A model generated the notes under the pieces. The model saw nothing but the letters and a program-made list of their open reading frames with translations, was not told the origin of the DNA and made no database searches. A DNA stretch of 42,161 nt from a virus (Duplodnaviria > Caudoviricetes): the IMG/VR virus record IMGVR_UViG_3300031965_000066, positions 1 through 42,161 of that record; one strand, given 5' to 3'. The stretch's first letter is position 1; each line of letters starts with the position of its first letter. Both the position numbers and the translations under genes were made by a program. Shown here one piece after another: positions 23,060-33,033 of this stretch.

Positions 23060-24958
23060 ATGGCCTACGACGACAATCAAGATCAATCTATCGCTGAACC
23101 GCAAGAAGGGGAAGTACAACCTGCCCCAGTCGGTACTATCCAAATTGCTCCGGGGAAAGATGGTATTGATGCAGAGCAGAAATGTCTTGACGATATTACC
23201 GGAATGTTTGAACCGTGGGAATCCTGGCGAAAACCCTACGAGACTTTATGGGAAGAAATCTATAGACTGTATTTTTCAAGTCAAGACAAGCGTAAAACTC
23301 CCACGCGTTCTACAATCACTGTCCCAATTGTGTTTCAAGTTATCGAAGCAGCAGTTCCGAAGATTGTAAACACAATTTTTGGATCGGGGGAAGAATTTTT
23401 TGATATTATTCCTGTCAATCCAATGGATCAAAATTTTGCAGATGGGATGAAGATTCTGCTGACGTTTCAGCTCAATCAAGCAGACTTTATGGTTAAATTT
23501 GTAGATTTTGTTAAACAACTTTTACTCTACGGAACTTCTTATTTCCATGTGTATTGGAAAGCGAAACGAGAATGGGTTATTACGCGTACTCCTATTCGCG
23601 AGCCTTTAACAATTAATGGTCTTCTTATTAATCCTGATAATATTCGGTGGGAAGAGAAGCGTGAATATAAGGTTGTCGAACGGCGGCCAGAAGTTGAAGT
23701 TTTAGATATTCTTGATGTGTTTCCTGATCCCGAATCTCGTAATGAAAGTGATGCGCGAGGTGTATTTGTTCGGTCATGGATGAGTATAGATGATGTTAAA
23801 GCAGGAGGACGCGGACAATTTCCTATTTTTGGTAATACTGAGAATCCAAAACTTGTCGCCGGTGATACTCATTTTGCAGAATCGCGTCAAGCTCGATATT
23901 CTATTCGTGGTTTATCTACGCCACCCGCTAAAGACCTTGTAGAAGTTCTTACATTTTGGGGTAAATACGATTTAGACGGGGACGGTATCAAAGAAAAATG
24001 TCAGATTATCATAGCAAACCGTGAAGTTATTTTGGTAGCGCGTTCAAATCCTTTTCATCATCAGCAATGCCCGGTTATTCGTTGTGTATTTTTTCCAGTT
24101 CCCCTTGAATGGTTTGGGCTAGGTCTTATAGAACCCGTAATCTCAAATATTCATGAACTCTGGACATTAAGACGCCAGCGCATTGACAACATTAATTTAA
24201 TTTTGAATAGAATGTGGAAGGTTAATTCTCTTGCGGATATTGATCTTGACACACTTATATCAACTCCGAATGGTATTATATTAACGGATCAAATGGATGG
24301 CGTAGAAGCTCTTGGAACACCAGACGTTACGGCGTCAGCTTATACTGAAGCCAGTACGGTTCAAAGTGATATTGAAAATGCAACTGCGCCTCGTTCAATT
24401 CAAGGTTCACCAGAATCTGGTCGTCTTGGTCGTACAGCTAAGGGAGCGCAGCTTATTATTGGTCAGGCTCTTGAAAAATTTGCGGTTGGAACTAAGCTCA
24501 TCGAAGAACTTGGAATCAAACGTGTGCTGAAACTCATACAAGGTTTAAACCTTCAATTTATTGATACAGATGAACAATTAAATAATACTTATGGTTTCTT
24601 ATTTCAGCCAATTCAAGACCCTACAACTGGTGAGATTATACCACCTGCAATTCAATCAGTGGAAGACTTGCGCGTAGACTTCAAGTACAAGATGGTTGGG
24701 ATCAGTGATATGGTCGGAACCGAGGGTAAGATTCAGCAGTTAACGACAATCTTTGGTACATTCGCGCCATATCTTGCACCTGAGTCTATCGCGAGTATTC
24801 TTAGTAAAATTGTTAAACTGTCGGGTTTTGCTCCGGAAGAAATCCAAATCATGACTGTAGCGAATCCTGCTTTGTCGCCGACTGGTGATCCAAATGCTAT
24901 ACTTGCGCAAAATATTCAGAATGGGCCGTCCGCACCAAAGGCTCCGGGAGTTAGATAA
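23060..24958 (+). CDS. Portal protein
   Basis: 632 aa directly after TerL; NPF...P...WFGLGL and RTA-GA motifs of podovirus portals. Confidence 0.9.
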   Translation: MAYDDNQDQSIAEPQEGEVQPAPVGTIQIAPGKDGIDAEQKCLDDITGMFEPWESWRKPYETLWEEIYRLYFSSQDKRKTPTRSTITVPIVFQVIEAAVPKIVNTIFGSGEEFFDIIPVNPMDQNFADGMKILLTFQLNQADFMVKFVDFVKQLLLYGTSYFHVYWKAKREWVITRTPIREPLTINGLLINPDNIRWEEKREYKVVERRPEVEVLDILDVFPDPESRNESDARGVFVRSWMSIDDVKAGGRGQFPIFGNTENPKLVAGDTHFAESRQARYSIRGLSTPPAKDLVEVLTFWGKYDLDGDGIKEKCQIIIANREVILVARSNPFHHQQCPVIRCVFFPVPLEWFGLGLIEPVISNIHELWTLRRQRIDNINLILNRMWKVNSLADIDLDTLISTPNGIILTDQMDGVEALGTPDVTASAYTEASTVQSDIENATAPRSIQGSPESGRLGRTAKGAQLIIGQALEKFAVGTKLIEELGIKRVLKLIQGLNLQFIDTDEQLNNTYGFLFQPIQDPTTGEIIPPAIQSVEDLRVDFKYKMVGISDMVGTEGKIQQLTTIFGTFAPYLAPESIASILSKIVKLSGFAPEEIQIMTVANPALSPTGDPNAILAQNIQNGPSAPKAPGVR

Positions 24959-25245
24959 TGAGTGATTTGAACGACCAACAAATTACGCGTCTTTCACAAG
25001 ATGTTAATAATGGTCATATTATTCGCGCATTTTGCCAGCATCCCGGCTTTAAACTTTATAAAGCTGAACTTGATGCAATTTTAGAGGATAAAAAAAATGC
25101 TTGGCTTAAAGGGAATGACGAGGACGCCCGTATAGAACGTATTCGCGCCCAAGGCGTCCAGAAAGCTGTAGATATTCTTAAACAATTTATGTTACTCGGA
25201 GATAATGCCGCAAGGATGCTTAATGCGGAAAAAGTCGAAGAGTAA
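24958..25245 (+). CDS. Small helical head-module protein
   Basis: HPGF...AQG pattern, between portal and scaffold. Confidence 0.75.
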   Translation: MSDLNDQQITRLSQDVNNGHIIRAFCQHPGFKLYKAELDAILEDKKNAWLKGNDEDARIERIRAQGVQKAVDILKQFMLLGDNAARMLNAEKVEE

Positions 25246-25251
25246 AAACTC

Positions 25252-25293
25252 CCTTTAGAAACCCTTCGACTAGATCGAAGATAAGTTTCAAGG
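25252..25293 (+). promoter_or_regulatory. Stem-loop covering the scaffold RBS
   Basis: CCTT/AAGG, GAAAC/GTTTC and CTTCGA/TCGAAG stems. Confidence 0.5.
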
Positions 25294-25303
25294 AAATAAT
25301 AAA

Positions 25304-26116
25304 ATGGCAGACGATAACAACCAAAGCGCACCGACGGTAGAATCCGTCGATAATGCGGCAGCGACTATCGACTCACCAGATGCAGTTGGTACGCAGCCAG
25401 GAACAGAATCCACCACCCAAAATCCTCCTGTTGCGGCGGCACCGACATTCGACCCAAAGACAAGCTACGACTCTCTTGTCAAGCAGCTTGAAAGCGTAAA
25501 CAAGAATTATGGTAATTTGAGAGCAGAGTATACGCGACGTACTCAATACGAAGCGCAACTTAAAACTCAAATAGATTCTCTCCATAAAGCCTTCGCCCAA
25601 GCAACTAAACAAGAAATCAGCCCTGAGGAGTTTATGAAGTCCTTGCAGACACAAGGTCTGAAAGCGTTCGACCCACTTCGAGAGGAGTGGACAAAAGAAC
25701 TGAAAACAGAACACGAAAAGGCATTAGAGGCGCGTGACCAAAAAATTACGAGCCTGGAAACAAACTTCGAAATCATGCGGCGCGAATCGGATACTACAAA
25801 TTATCCTGATTTTACGAAACTTAAACCCGTCATGAACGAAATTGCTTCTGCTGAAAATTGTCCCGTGGACTGGAATCAGGATGTTGGCGTTATTTATGAT
25901 ACTTTGTATAAACTTGCACGTGACCTAAAAGCAGAGGAATCTGTGAAACAAGCACATGAGCTTGGCCGTAAATCGGCTGATGCTCAGGCCGCGAAAGAAG
26001 CGTCAACCGCTGTCGCGGCGGGTGGTAAAACCAACACCACTGGACTAGATACGCGCAAAATGAGTGCGGCGCAATTAAAGCAACATTTCGCCAAACTTGG
26101 AATGGTCAGCGACTAA
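25304..26116 (+). CDS. Capsid scaffolding protein
   Basis: Acidic disordered N-terminus, coiled coil with YTRRTQ, directly before the capsid gene. Confidence 0.85.
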   Translation: MADDNNQSAPTVESVDNAAATIDSPDAVGTQPGTESTTQNPPVAAAPTFDPKTSYDSLVKQLESVNKNYGNLRAEYTRRTQYEAQLKTQIDSLHKAFAQATKQEISPEEFMKSLQTQGLKAFDPLREEWTKELKTEHEKALEARDQKITSLETNFEIMRRESDTTNYPDFTKLKPVMNEIASAENCPVDWNQDVGVIYDTLYKLARDLKAEESVKQAHELGRKSADAQAAKEASTAVAAGGKTNTTGLDTRKMSAAQLKQHFAKLGMVSD

Positions 26117-26151
26117 TACCTGGGTTGGATTTTTAACCACAGGAGCCTATA

Positions 26152-27096
26152 ATGGCTAATACAATTGGTATATCAACTGCGGTTGGTAATACATTTACCG
26201 ACACAGGCATTTATTATGATAAGCGTTGGTTGGAGCGTCTCGTTCCCCAACTCTACTTCGAGGATTGTGGAACAAAACGCCCTCTCCCGAAGCAAAGCGG
26301 TACGCTGGTTAAATTCCGTCGCCTTAATAAGCTGACGGCTGTGATCACGCCGCTAACAGAAAATGTGAATCCGGCGGAATCAACCGTCGGTACCACAGAA
26401 GGGACGATTGAGCCTCTAACTTACGGGCAGTTTGTTAAAACCTCAAAAGAACTGCAATGGAAGTCAATTAATCCCATCATGGACGAAATCTCAGATGAAT
26501 TATCTGACAATGCAGCGTTGTCTTACGACACCATCGTTCGCGCTGCTCTCTCCGGTAACTTCACCGATCAGTTCGCTGGTGGTGCTGTTTCCGAAGTAAC
26601 GGTTGCTGATGCGTCCGTGTTAAATGCTGCGGAAATCCGTAAAGCTGTTTATTCACTTCGTTCATCTAACGTCCCTGGTTTTCAGGGTAATATGTATAAA
26701 GGCTTGATCCATCCCGCCGGGCATTTTGACTTACAGTCAGATACGGATGCCGGTTCTTGGTTGGAAACGTCTAAGTACATTAAGAATGACGAAATTCTTC
26801 GCGGTGAAGTTGGTGCATTGTACGGGGTTCGTTTCGTGGTTTCCACGAATACGGGTACCGGTATTGGTGCTACTGATGACACCTACCATGCTTATATCTT
26901 CGGTCGTGATGCTTATGGTATCACTGAATTGAGTGGTCAAGGTATGGAAATGATCCGTAAAGAACCAGGAGCGCAAGACACTTCTAATCCGCTGAATATG
27001 TTTTCAACGATTGGTTGGAAGTTTGTCCTTGGTGCAACGGTTCTTCAATCAGTTCGCGCCGTGCAAATCTATCATGGTTCGGCTGCTGATAACTAA
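26152..27096 (+). CDS. Major capsid protein, N4-gp56-like
   Basis: LPKQSG-x-x-VKFRR, TPLTE, YG, IHP, GEVGALYGVRFV, NPLN...GWK. Confidence 0.92.
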   Translation: MANTIGISTAVGNTFTDTGIYYDKRWLERLVPQLYFEDCGTKRPLPKQSGTLVKFRRLNKLTAVITPLTENVNPAESTVGTTEGTIEPLTYGQFVKTSKELQWKSINPIMDEISDELSDNAALSYDTIVRAALSGNFTDQFAGGAVSEVTVADASVLNAAEIRKAVYSLRSSNVPGFQGNMYKGLIHPAGHFDLQSDTDAGSWLETSKYIKNDEILRGEVGALYGVRFVVSTNTGTGIGATDDTYHAYIFGRDAYGITELSGQGMEMIRKEPGAQDTSNPLNMFSTIGWKFVLGATVLQSVRAVQIYHGSAADN

Positions 27097-27101
27097 GATT
27101 G

Positions 27102-27168
27102 TAGTTTTATTCTGCCTATTTTCATGCGTCGCCTATACGGGAGTTGAAAATAGGCGGAAATAAAATTA
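27102..27168 (+). promoter_or_regulatory. Long imperfect hairpin after the capsid gene (processing or attenuation site)
   Basis: TTTTATTCTGCCTATTTTCA pairs with TGAAAATAGGCGGAAATAAAA. Confidence 0.65.
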
Positions 27169-27644
27169 TGCTTTACTGCATCTTTAAATCTAAATTAAAA
27201 CGACTTAATCCACATCTGCGCATTTTCGAGAATTGTCCGGCAACTGAGCGGCCTTGGGGAATTTATTTAGTGAAGAGACAAGGATTAGAACTCGAACATC
27301 TTTGCGGAATTAATCCAATAGCCGGTATGGTGTATGAAAGAACTGAGCGTCGATGGGATGGCTATATTCTCCGCCAAGGTTGGCGGCGTGTACTTAACAT
27401 ACTTATTAAAAAACATATTATTAATAAGCAAAAAGCTGCGCGAGAGTTTTCCACTTCTTTCGAAGAAAATCGCGGGAAAGATTTTACAGTCGGACTTGAT
27501 CCATTAACACAAGCGACGAATGAAGCTAAAGCAATCGGCCTAAGAAAAACAGGTTTAAAAGATTATATAGATTTGGATGATTTAGTCGATATTCATCGGA
27601 TGCGTGAGAAATATCGTCGCGACAAATCAAACTATTGGGCGTAA
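27168..27644 (+). CDS. Hypothetical protein
   Basis: F-x-x-KL-x-x-LNP-x-L...GWR-x-VL-x-x-L pattern. Confidence 0.75.
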   Translation: MLYCIFKSKLKRLNPHLRIFENCPATERPWGIYLVKRQGLELEHLCGINPIAGMVYERTERRWDGYILRQGWRRVLNILIKKHIINKQKAAREFSTSFEENRGKDFTVGLDPLTQATNEAKAIGLRKTGLKDYIDLDDLVDIHRMREKYRRDKSNYWA

Positions 27645-27654
27645 GGAGAAAACT

Positions 27655-28029
27655 ATGCAAAGTATTGGAAGCGCGGCAGGATTTTGTACAATACATCAAA
27701 TGGATAAAATGTTTATAGGAAACGCCAATGCGACAGAACCAACTTGTATTCGTTGTGTTGCTGATGCGCGTCCTAAACAAGGACGAACTGTTATAGCCGA
27801 AGACCCTGGCGAAAATTATTTTAAAGGAAAAGGTACTGTAGCGAAAGTCACCATGCTTGACGGTACTAAATCAGTTATGAAGGTTAGTGGAGCAACGCTA
27901 GAAGAAATTGTTGTAGATGCTCTTTTAAACCTAAGTAAGCTTCCAATGCCGAAAGACGTAAAAGAATTTAAGAAGATTCAAAAAATTATCAAAACCCTAC
28001 GGAGTCTTGTGGAGAACGCAAATGGATAA
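27655..28029 (+). CDS. Protein with CxxH...CxxC Zn finger
   Basis: AGGAG RBS; CTIH...CIRC. Confidence 0.7.
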   Translation: MQSIGSAAGFCTIHQMDKMFIGNANATEPTCIRCVADARPKQGRTVIAEDPGENYFKGKGTVAKVTMLDGTKSVMKVSGATLEEIVVDALLNLSKLPMPKDVKEFKKIQKIIKTLRSLVENANG

Positions 28030-28264
28030 ACATGAAATTTTATCAGAATTTGCCGTTCCCGAATCAGAAATCGCTGCTTCTCTTGAAACGGGCGACCACG
28101 GAAAATTGGCGTTATTTGTAGAAGTAATTGGACGCGTAAATGGTCTGATTATTTTTCGTAAGCATAAGAAAGCTATACCAGAAGGCAATTTTAAACCAGA
28201 AGGCGCGAAAGAATTACGTGAACGTATCCTGGATAAGCAGGAAGACGAAGAAAAAAAGGATTAA
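28022..28264 (+). CDS. Hypothetical protein
   Basis: GGAG RBS. Confidence 0.65.
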   Translation: MDKHEILSEFAVPESEIAASLETGDHGKLALFVEVIGRVNGLIIFRKHKKAIPEGNFKPEGAKELRERILDKQEDEEKKD

Positions 28265-28267
28265 ACC

Positions 28268-28783
28268 GTGGGTTTAAATTTTCCCAATTATCCTGAGCAT
28301 ATTCAGGGGGATGAACCCACATACGCGCCGACAAAAAGCGATCATACTCTTTTAGGGTCAGAACGCGGAACGCAATTATCTCGGCGTCTTGAAACCGATC
28401 CTGCGCGTAATTTATACGTCCATCTTGCTGATATCACTGATGGCGTTTTTGATGGAATATTTGTACCAAGTTCTGTTTCAGCTATTGCTGGTGGAAGTGT
28501 CACAAATGTTTCGGATAATACTCTTACAACTATTTTAACACATACGGCAGCGGTTGCTACAAGATTGACGCGAATAGGAGTTAGCGGTACAGATTATGCA
28601 AAATTTCAATTATTTCTTAATGCGGTACTTATCGAAACTAAACGATCTGGTCCCGCCCGTAGTTTGGATTTTTCCTTTACTTCTCCTCTTAGTATGGATG
28701 GTGGAGACGTACTTGATGTAAAAGTGACGCATTACGCTACTGGCGTATTAGCAGATTTTGAATCTACAATTTACGGAGCATAA
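28268..28783 (+). CDS. Probable virion structural protein (beta-rich)
   Basis: Thr/Ser/Val-rich C-terminal beta domain in the late operon. Confidence 0.6.
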   Translation: MGLNFPNYPEHIQGDEPTYAPTKSDHTLLGSERGTQLSRRLETDPARNLYVHLADITDGVFDGIFVPSSVSAIAGGSVTNVSDNTLTTILTHTAAVATRLTRIGVSGTDYAKFQLFLNAVLIETKRSGPARSLDFSFTSPLSMDGGDVLDVKVTHYATGVLADFESTIYGA

Positions 28784-28784
28784 A

Positions 28785-29039
28785 ATGTCAGATATTGGAA
28801 GCTCATATCCGATTCAAGTTCAAGCTCGCGAAACAAAAGATATGAAACTTAAATGGATTGCTGCGAGAAAGCAAGAAGCGAAGTCTAAATTAGTTCATTT
28901 CCGTCAAGCAATCGAAGATTTGATTAAAGGAAAAGTTCCTGAAATCGAAAGACAAATTATGGCGGTTACACAAGAATTAGAGCAACTCGAATATCAGGAA
29001 AAAACGTTACAAAGTTCTGTGGAAGCGGAACAAATTTAA
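28785..29039 (+). CDS. Coiled-coil protein (possible assembly chaperone)
   Basis: GGAG RBS; heptad pattern. Confidence 0.65.
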   Translation: MSDIGSSYPIQVQARETKDMKLKWIAARKQEAKSKLVHFRQAIEDLIKGKVPEIERQIMAVTQELEQLEYQEKTLQSSVEAEQI

Positions 29040-29054
29040 CATGGAGGCAATTAT

Positions 29055-30014
29055 ATGGCTGATGGACATTTCCCAACACTAGTATCTGCTACGCGGGATG
29101 CTAATTTATCAACAAATCCCATCTTTGTTCGCTTAACAGATGGTACTACTAATGTCAGTTTAACTGGCACGTCTTTAGATGTAAATATTACCGGAGGGGC
29201 ATCTTCTGGTACAGAATATGCCGAGGATAGTGCGCACGTTAGTGGCGACCTCGGTACTCAAACTCTTGCAGTTCGACAAGATACACTCGCTTCTTCAACC
29301 AGTACAGATGGCGACTATGCGTCGCTTAAGGTCAATGCGGCTGGTGCGTTGTATGTTACAGTTTCAGGGGATGTTAATGTTACGGCAACTGATCTTGATA
29401 TTCGTGATATTACTTCTACTCAGGATTCTATTGAAGTTTTACAAAATACTCATGACGATCTGAACGCAAATGTGAATATTCAAGTCGGAGACGCGGACGT
29501 TGCTAACGGCAATCCGGTTCCTATTTCGGATGCAGGAGGTTCTTTAACCGTTGATGCAGTAGACCTTGATATTCGTCCCCTCACATTGGCAGAAGATTCG
29601 GTTAAAGTTTCTGCTAATACCTCAGCAAACTCGGAAACCAATCCGATCTATGTTCAAGTTGCCACAGCTATTTCGGGCAATGAAGTTCATAGTTATGACA
29701 CGTCGGCGGCTGTCGCATCTGATACCGCTGACAACCATGATTACACAGTTACGGGTACGACATTCCTTCTTCGGAGCGTTATTGCTGCATTTTCTGGTAG
29801 TGGAAAAGTAGAAGTTCAAACGGGGCCGGTTGCAACTCTTGCAACTCGCGCTGTTGCTTTTGTTTCGAAAGAAGGTGGACATGTTCAATTGGACTTTAAT
29901 CCGCCTATTGAAGTTCCTGTGACTTCTACTGGAACTGTGCGCGTAATTCGTACAAACCGTCAGGGTCAAGCCCAAGACGTCTATAGCACGATCATTGGTA
30001 ATGATATTCCGTAA
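29055..30014 (+). CDS. Fibre/spike-like structural protein with DLDIR repeats
   Basis: GGAGG RBS; DLDIRD/DLDIRP and NPIFV/NPIYV repeats. Confidence 0.7.
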   Translation: MADGHFPTLVSATRDANLSTNPIFVRLTDGTTNVSLTGTSLDVNITGGASSGTEYAEDSAHVSGDLGTQTLAVRQDTLASSTSTDGDYASLKVNAAGALYVTVSGDVNVTATDLDIRDITSTQDSIEVLQNTHDDLNANVNIQVGDADVANGNPVPISDAGGSLTVDAVDLDIRPLTLAEDSVKVSANTSANSETNPIYVQVATAISGNEVHSYDTSAAVASDTADNHDYTVTGTTFLLRSVIAAFSGSGKVEVQTGPVATLATRAVAFVSKEGGHVQLDFNPPIEVPVTSTGTVRVIRTNRQGQAQDVYSTIIGNDIP

Positions 30015-30104
30015 TCTGGAATGAAGTTTGCTGTGGGCCAGGAGTAAACCTGGGATGGGTTGGATAACCACAATAAACAACAACCCAAGATTTGAGGAGA
30101 AAAG

Positions 30105-30395
30105 ATGGCTGACATAGATGATCGCGTAGATTTAGCAACGATAACAACAGTAGCTTTATCTACGACAAATGCTACATTGTTGTCAGCAAATTCAAATAGA
30201 AAAGCAGCCATTTTTTATAATGATTCTTCAAAAAATGCTTATGTAAAATTTGGTGCGACAGCCTCTACTACAAGTTTTACAATTGTTCTAACAAGCGGAT
30301 CGTCTTATGAACTTCCCCTTCCAATTTATGTTGGAAGAATAGATGTTATTTTAAGTTCAGGAAGTGGAAATATGCAAGTAACGGAGATAGAATAA
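30105..30395 (+). CDS. Small beta-sandwich structural protein
   Basis: L-x-AN-x-x-R...I-x-N-x-S...YV-x-FG pattern. Confidence 0.65.
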   Translation: MADIDDRVDLATITTVALSTTNATLLSANSNRKAAIFYNDSSKNAYVKFGATASTTSFTIVLTSGSSYELPLPIYVGRIDVILSSGSGNMQVTEIE

Positions 30396-30742
30396 TGCCA
30401 CTTTTTTCGGGAATATCAAAACCGTTTTATCGGGACAGTTTCACGTTTACACAAGTGGGAAGTAGCGGTATAATAGATTTAACAAAAAGCCCTATTGCGA
30501 TATTTTCTTTGAGTGCTAAAGGAACAGGAGCGTCTCCTACAGCATGGGGAGTAAAATTTGAAGGTAGTTTGGACGGAGTAAATTGGACGGGACTTTTATC
30601 ACACTCGACTACGACAGGAGACGGTGTAATTGTATCAACTGGAAATAACGATACGCCTGTTGATTTTATACGTGTAAACGTAGGTTCTTTGACATTGGGA
30701 ACTGCCACGAATCTCGTCGTAAAAATTCTAGGGCTCCAATAA
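30395..30742 (+). CDS. Small beta-sandwich structural protein
   Basis: EGSLDGVNW...FIRVN. Confidence 0.7.
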   Translation: MPLFSGISKPFYRDSFTFTQVGSSGIIDLTKSPIAIFSLSAKGTGASPTAWGVKFEGSLDGVNWTGLLSHSTTTGDGVIVSTGNNDTPVDFIRVNVGSLTLGTATNLVVKILGLQ

Positions 30743-31704
30743 TGATAGATATTACTACCGGATACCCGCTGAATTCATTTAGCAATAGTTCAACTACACC
30801 GCTAGGAATCGACGAGATTTTTATCGGTAATTTTGAAAACGTTTCTAATTTTGGAGCTATAAATTTAACAGTTTTTACTGATAAAATTAGCGCGACAAAC
30901 GGTCTAGAATTTCAATGGTCGGGCGATGGAATTAATGTTGACCGGTCGGAAGGTTCGAACGTTAAAGCAAATATTGGTCGCGCCTTTTCTTTCTGTCCGC
31001 GAGCTAAATATTTTCGGGTTAGATATATCAATGGAAACCAAGCCCAAACGACTTTTCGGTTGAATGTAACATATAGAATGAATGGAAGCGGTTTGATTGC
31101 TCGCCCATTAAACCAAAACCTTGACGTTGATAATCTTGCACAATCTGTTCGATCTGTTTTAAACGCACAAAAACTTAATGATCTGGAAATTTTTGAACAT
31201 GTTCAAGCATATGATGGCAGACTTCTTGTAACACCTGATCTTTTAAACGCGGATGCTGCAAATGGAAATGTTTACTTAGTTTCAAATGAGCAGAACGTAT
31301 CTGGAACAAACGAAGTCGATATTTTGCTTTTACAGAACCTTTCGGGTAATACAAAAACAATTTTTATTCAAACAACGTTATTAAATAGTTTGTCTGCGGG
31401 AAAACAACTTACATATAGGTTTTATAAAAATCCTACAATTACGGCAAATGGAACATTATTAACTATCTCTAATAGTAATTTTGAGAGTGCTAATTCCTCA
31501 GAAATGGTTTCTTATTCTTCCCCAACAATCAGCGCAAGAGGAACAAAACTTTTAGCATATATAACCGGAGCTAATAACAGAAGTAAAATAAATACAAATT
31601 TACTAGGTTTTATAATTCCGCCAAATAACGCTCTTTTAATTAGTGGGCAATCTAGTGCGACAAATACAATTTCAGACATGACAATTAGTTGGGTAGAAAA
31701 ATGA
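30742..31704 (+). CDS. Two-domain structural (spike/fibre-like) protein
   Basis: NSSTTPL...QWSGDG...AKYFRVRYING N-domain; Ser/Thr/Asn-rich C-domain ending W-x-E. Confidence 0.7.
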   Translation: MIDITTGYPLNSFSNSSTTPLGIDEIFIGNFENVSNFGAINLTVFTDKISATNGLEFQWSGDGINVDRSEGSNVKANIGRAFSFCPRAKYFRVRYINGNQAQTTFRLNVTYRMNGSGLIARPLNQNLDVDNLAQSVRSVLNAQKLNDLEIFEHVQAYDGRLLVTPDLLNADAANGNVYLVSNEQNVSGTNEVDILLLQNLSGNTKTIFIQTTLLNSLSAGKQLTYRFYKNPTITANGTLLTISNSNFESANSSEMVSYSSPTISARGTKLLAYITGANNRSKINTNLLGFIIPPNNALLISGQSSATNTISDMTISWVEK

Positions 31705-31835
31705 ACATAGCCTATATTGAATTAACAATTCCTTCTGAACTTACTCCACTAAATGAATGGTTTGATGAACATCCTACAATTACAATTCATACAATTCAAA
31801 TTGTTGGACTAAATGTCTATATTTTTTATCTGTAA
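31701..31835 (+). CDS. Small hypothetical protein (44 aa)
   Basis: ATGA overlap; MNIAYIELTIPSELTPLNEWF... Confidence 0.55.
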   Translation: MNIAYIELTIPSELTPLNEWFDEHPTITIHTIQIVGLNVYIFYL

Positions 31836-31843
31836 GGAAATCT

Positions 31844-32545
31844 ATGCAAGCACAAACAATAATTACAGACGTTCGGCGCGAACTCGTAGAAATTTCAGCA
31901 TCTTATTGGACAGATGCGGAGTTTTTACGCCATATTAATCGGGCAGAACTTGACTATACCAATAAAACACGAATTTTAGAAGATATCGCATCCCTTTCTT
32001 TAACCCAAGGTCGTCTCGATTATCCGCTTCCTTCAAATTGGTTAAGCGCACGTGCCGTTTTTATAAAAATTAATAACGGGAATGGAACGTTTCGTTGGAA
32101 ACGTCTTTATCCGTCCAATCTTGAAAAAACGGCTCAACAACAACCTAATTTTATGAATACCACGGTGGATAATCAAGGAACGCCGCAACGGTATTTAATT
32201 TGGGGTCGCTCTATTTGGTTAGATAAAGCTCCCGATGCTGATAATGCCACGACCCTATTATTGTTTTTTAAATCTAAACCAATTCCGCTTACATCTGTAA
32301 CGGATTCATTGAATTTAGATGATTCTTTGTCGGAAGCTGTTACAGCTTATCTTCTCTGGAAGGCTTGGACCAAAGAACAAGAATTTGATCGCGCAGACGC
32401 TCAACAACTTACCTACGACCGCTATGTGGCCGAAGGACGCCGTTGGGTTAAAAAACAAAGCGGAGATCAAAGAAACAGGATTGACATTGACTCGCCCATC
32501 CCTTTCGATGGTGGGTCTAGTGAATCTAATCCGCTTTCTATATAA
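31844..32545 (+). CDS. Head-tail adaptor / tail tubular protein A-like
   Basis: II-x-x-VR-x-EL...WTD-E-x-L-x-x-IN...YPLP...GTP-x-Y...PD. Confidence 0.75.
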   Translation: MQAQTIITDVRRELVEISASYWTDAEFLRHINRAELDYTNKTRILEDIASLSLTQGRLDYPLPSNWLSARAVFIKINNGNGTFRWKRLYPSNLEKTAQQQPNFMNTTVDNQGTPQRYLIWGRSIWLDKAPDADNATTLLLFFKSKPIPLTSVTDSLNLDDSLSEAVTAYLLWKAWTKEQEFDRADAQQLTYDRYVAEGRRWVKKQSGDQRNRIDIDSPIPFDGGSSESNPLSI

Positions 32546-32557
32546 GGAGACAATCAA

Positions 32558-33004
32558 ATGTTTAAGGATAAAGTAACACCTAAAGGACGAATCAAATTTG
32601 AACTCTATGATGCGTCTGGCAAACTCAAAGAAATACGAGAGATCAATAATGTCGTCGTGACGGTCGGAAAAAACTACTTAGCGACATGGTTAACAGCGGC
32701 AACTCAAGCCGATTTTTTCATGCAGTATATTGGGCTTGGAACAGGTACGAGCGCGGCTAATGCTTCTGATACCGCCCTCGAAACCGAACTTTCTAGTCGT
32801 GTGGCGGGTACTCTTACGCCTTCTGGAAATGTATGGCAGAATATCGCCTCATTTGGTCCTGGCGTGAATACTGGCGCGATTACAGAGAGTGGTATTTTTT
32901 CTGAATCAACTGGCGGAACTATGTTTGCTCGACAAACTTTCCCGGTTATTAATAAAGGTTCTGGCGACTCGCTTCAAGTCACTTGGCAGGTAACATTTTC
33001 ATAA
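32558..33004 (+). CDS. Tail-collar/fibre attachment-like structural protein
   Basis: NVVV-x-x-G...IGLGTG...DTALETE...ITESGIF...MFAR. Confidence 0.75.
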   Translation: MFKDKVTPKGRIKFELYDASGKLKEIREINNVVVTVGKNYLATWLTAATQADFFMQYIGLGTGTSAANASDTALETELSSRVAGTLTPSGNVWQNIASFGPGVNTGAITESGIFSESTGGTMFARQTFPVINKGSGDSLQVTWQVTFS

Positions 33005-33033
33005 GTTTGAAATAAATTTAAGGAGAAACTATT

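Noticed and set aside
29622-30083. Antisense ORFs in the track (this one and others opposite the major genes)
   Set aside because: Shadow frames without RBS, against the strict strand organisation of each arm
30950-30965. GGTTCGAA tRNA T-loop-like sequence
   Set aside because: Inside a CDS with no cloverleaf
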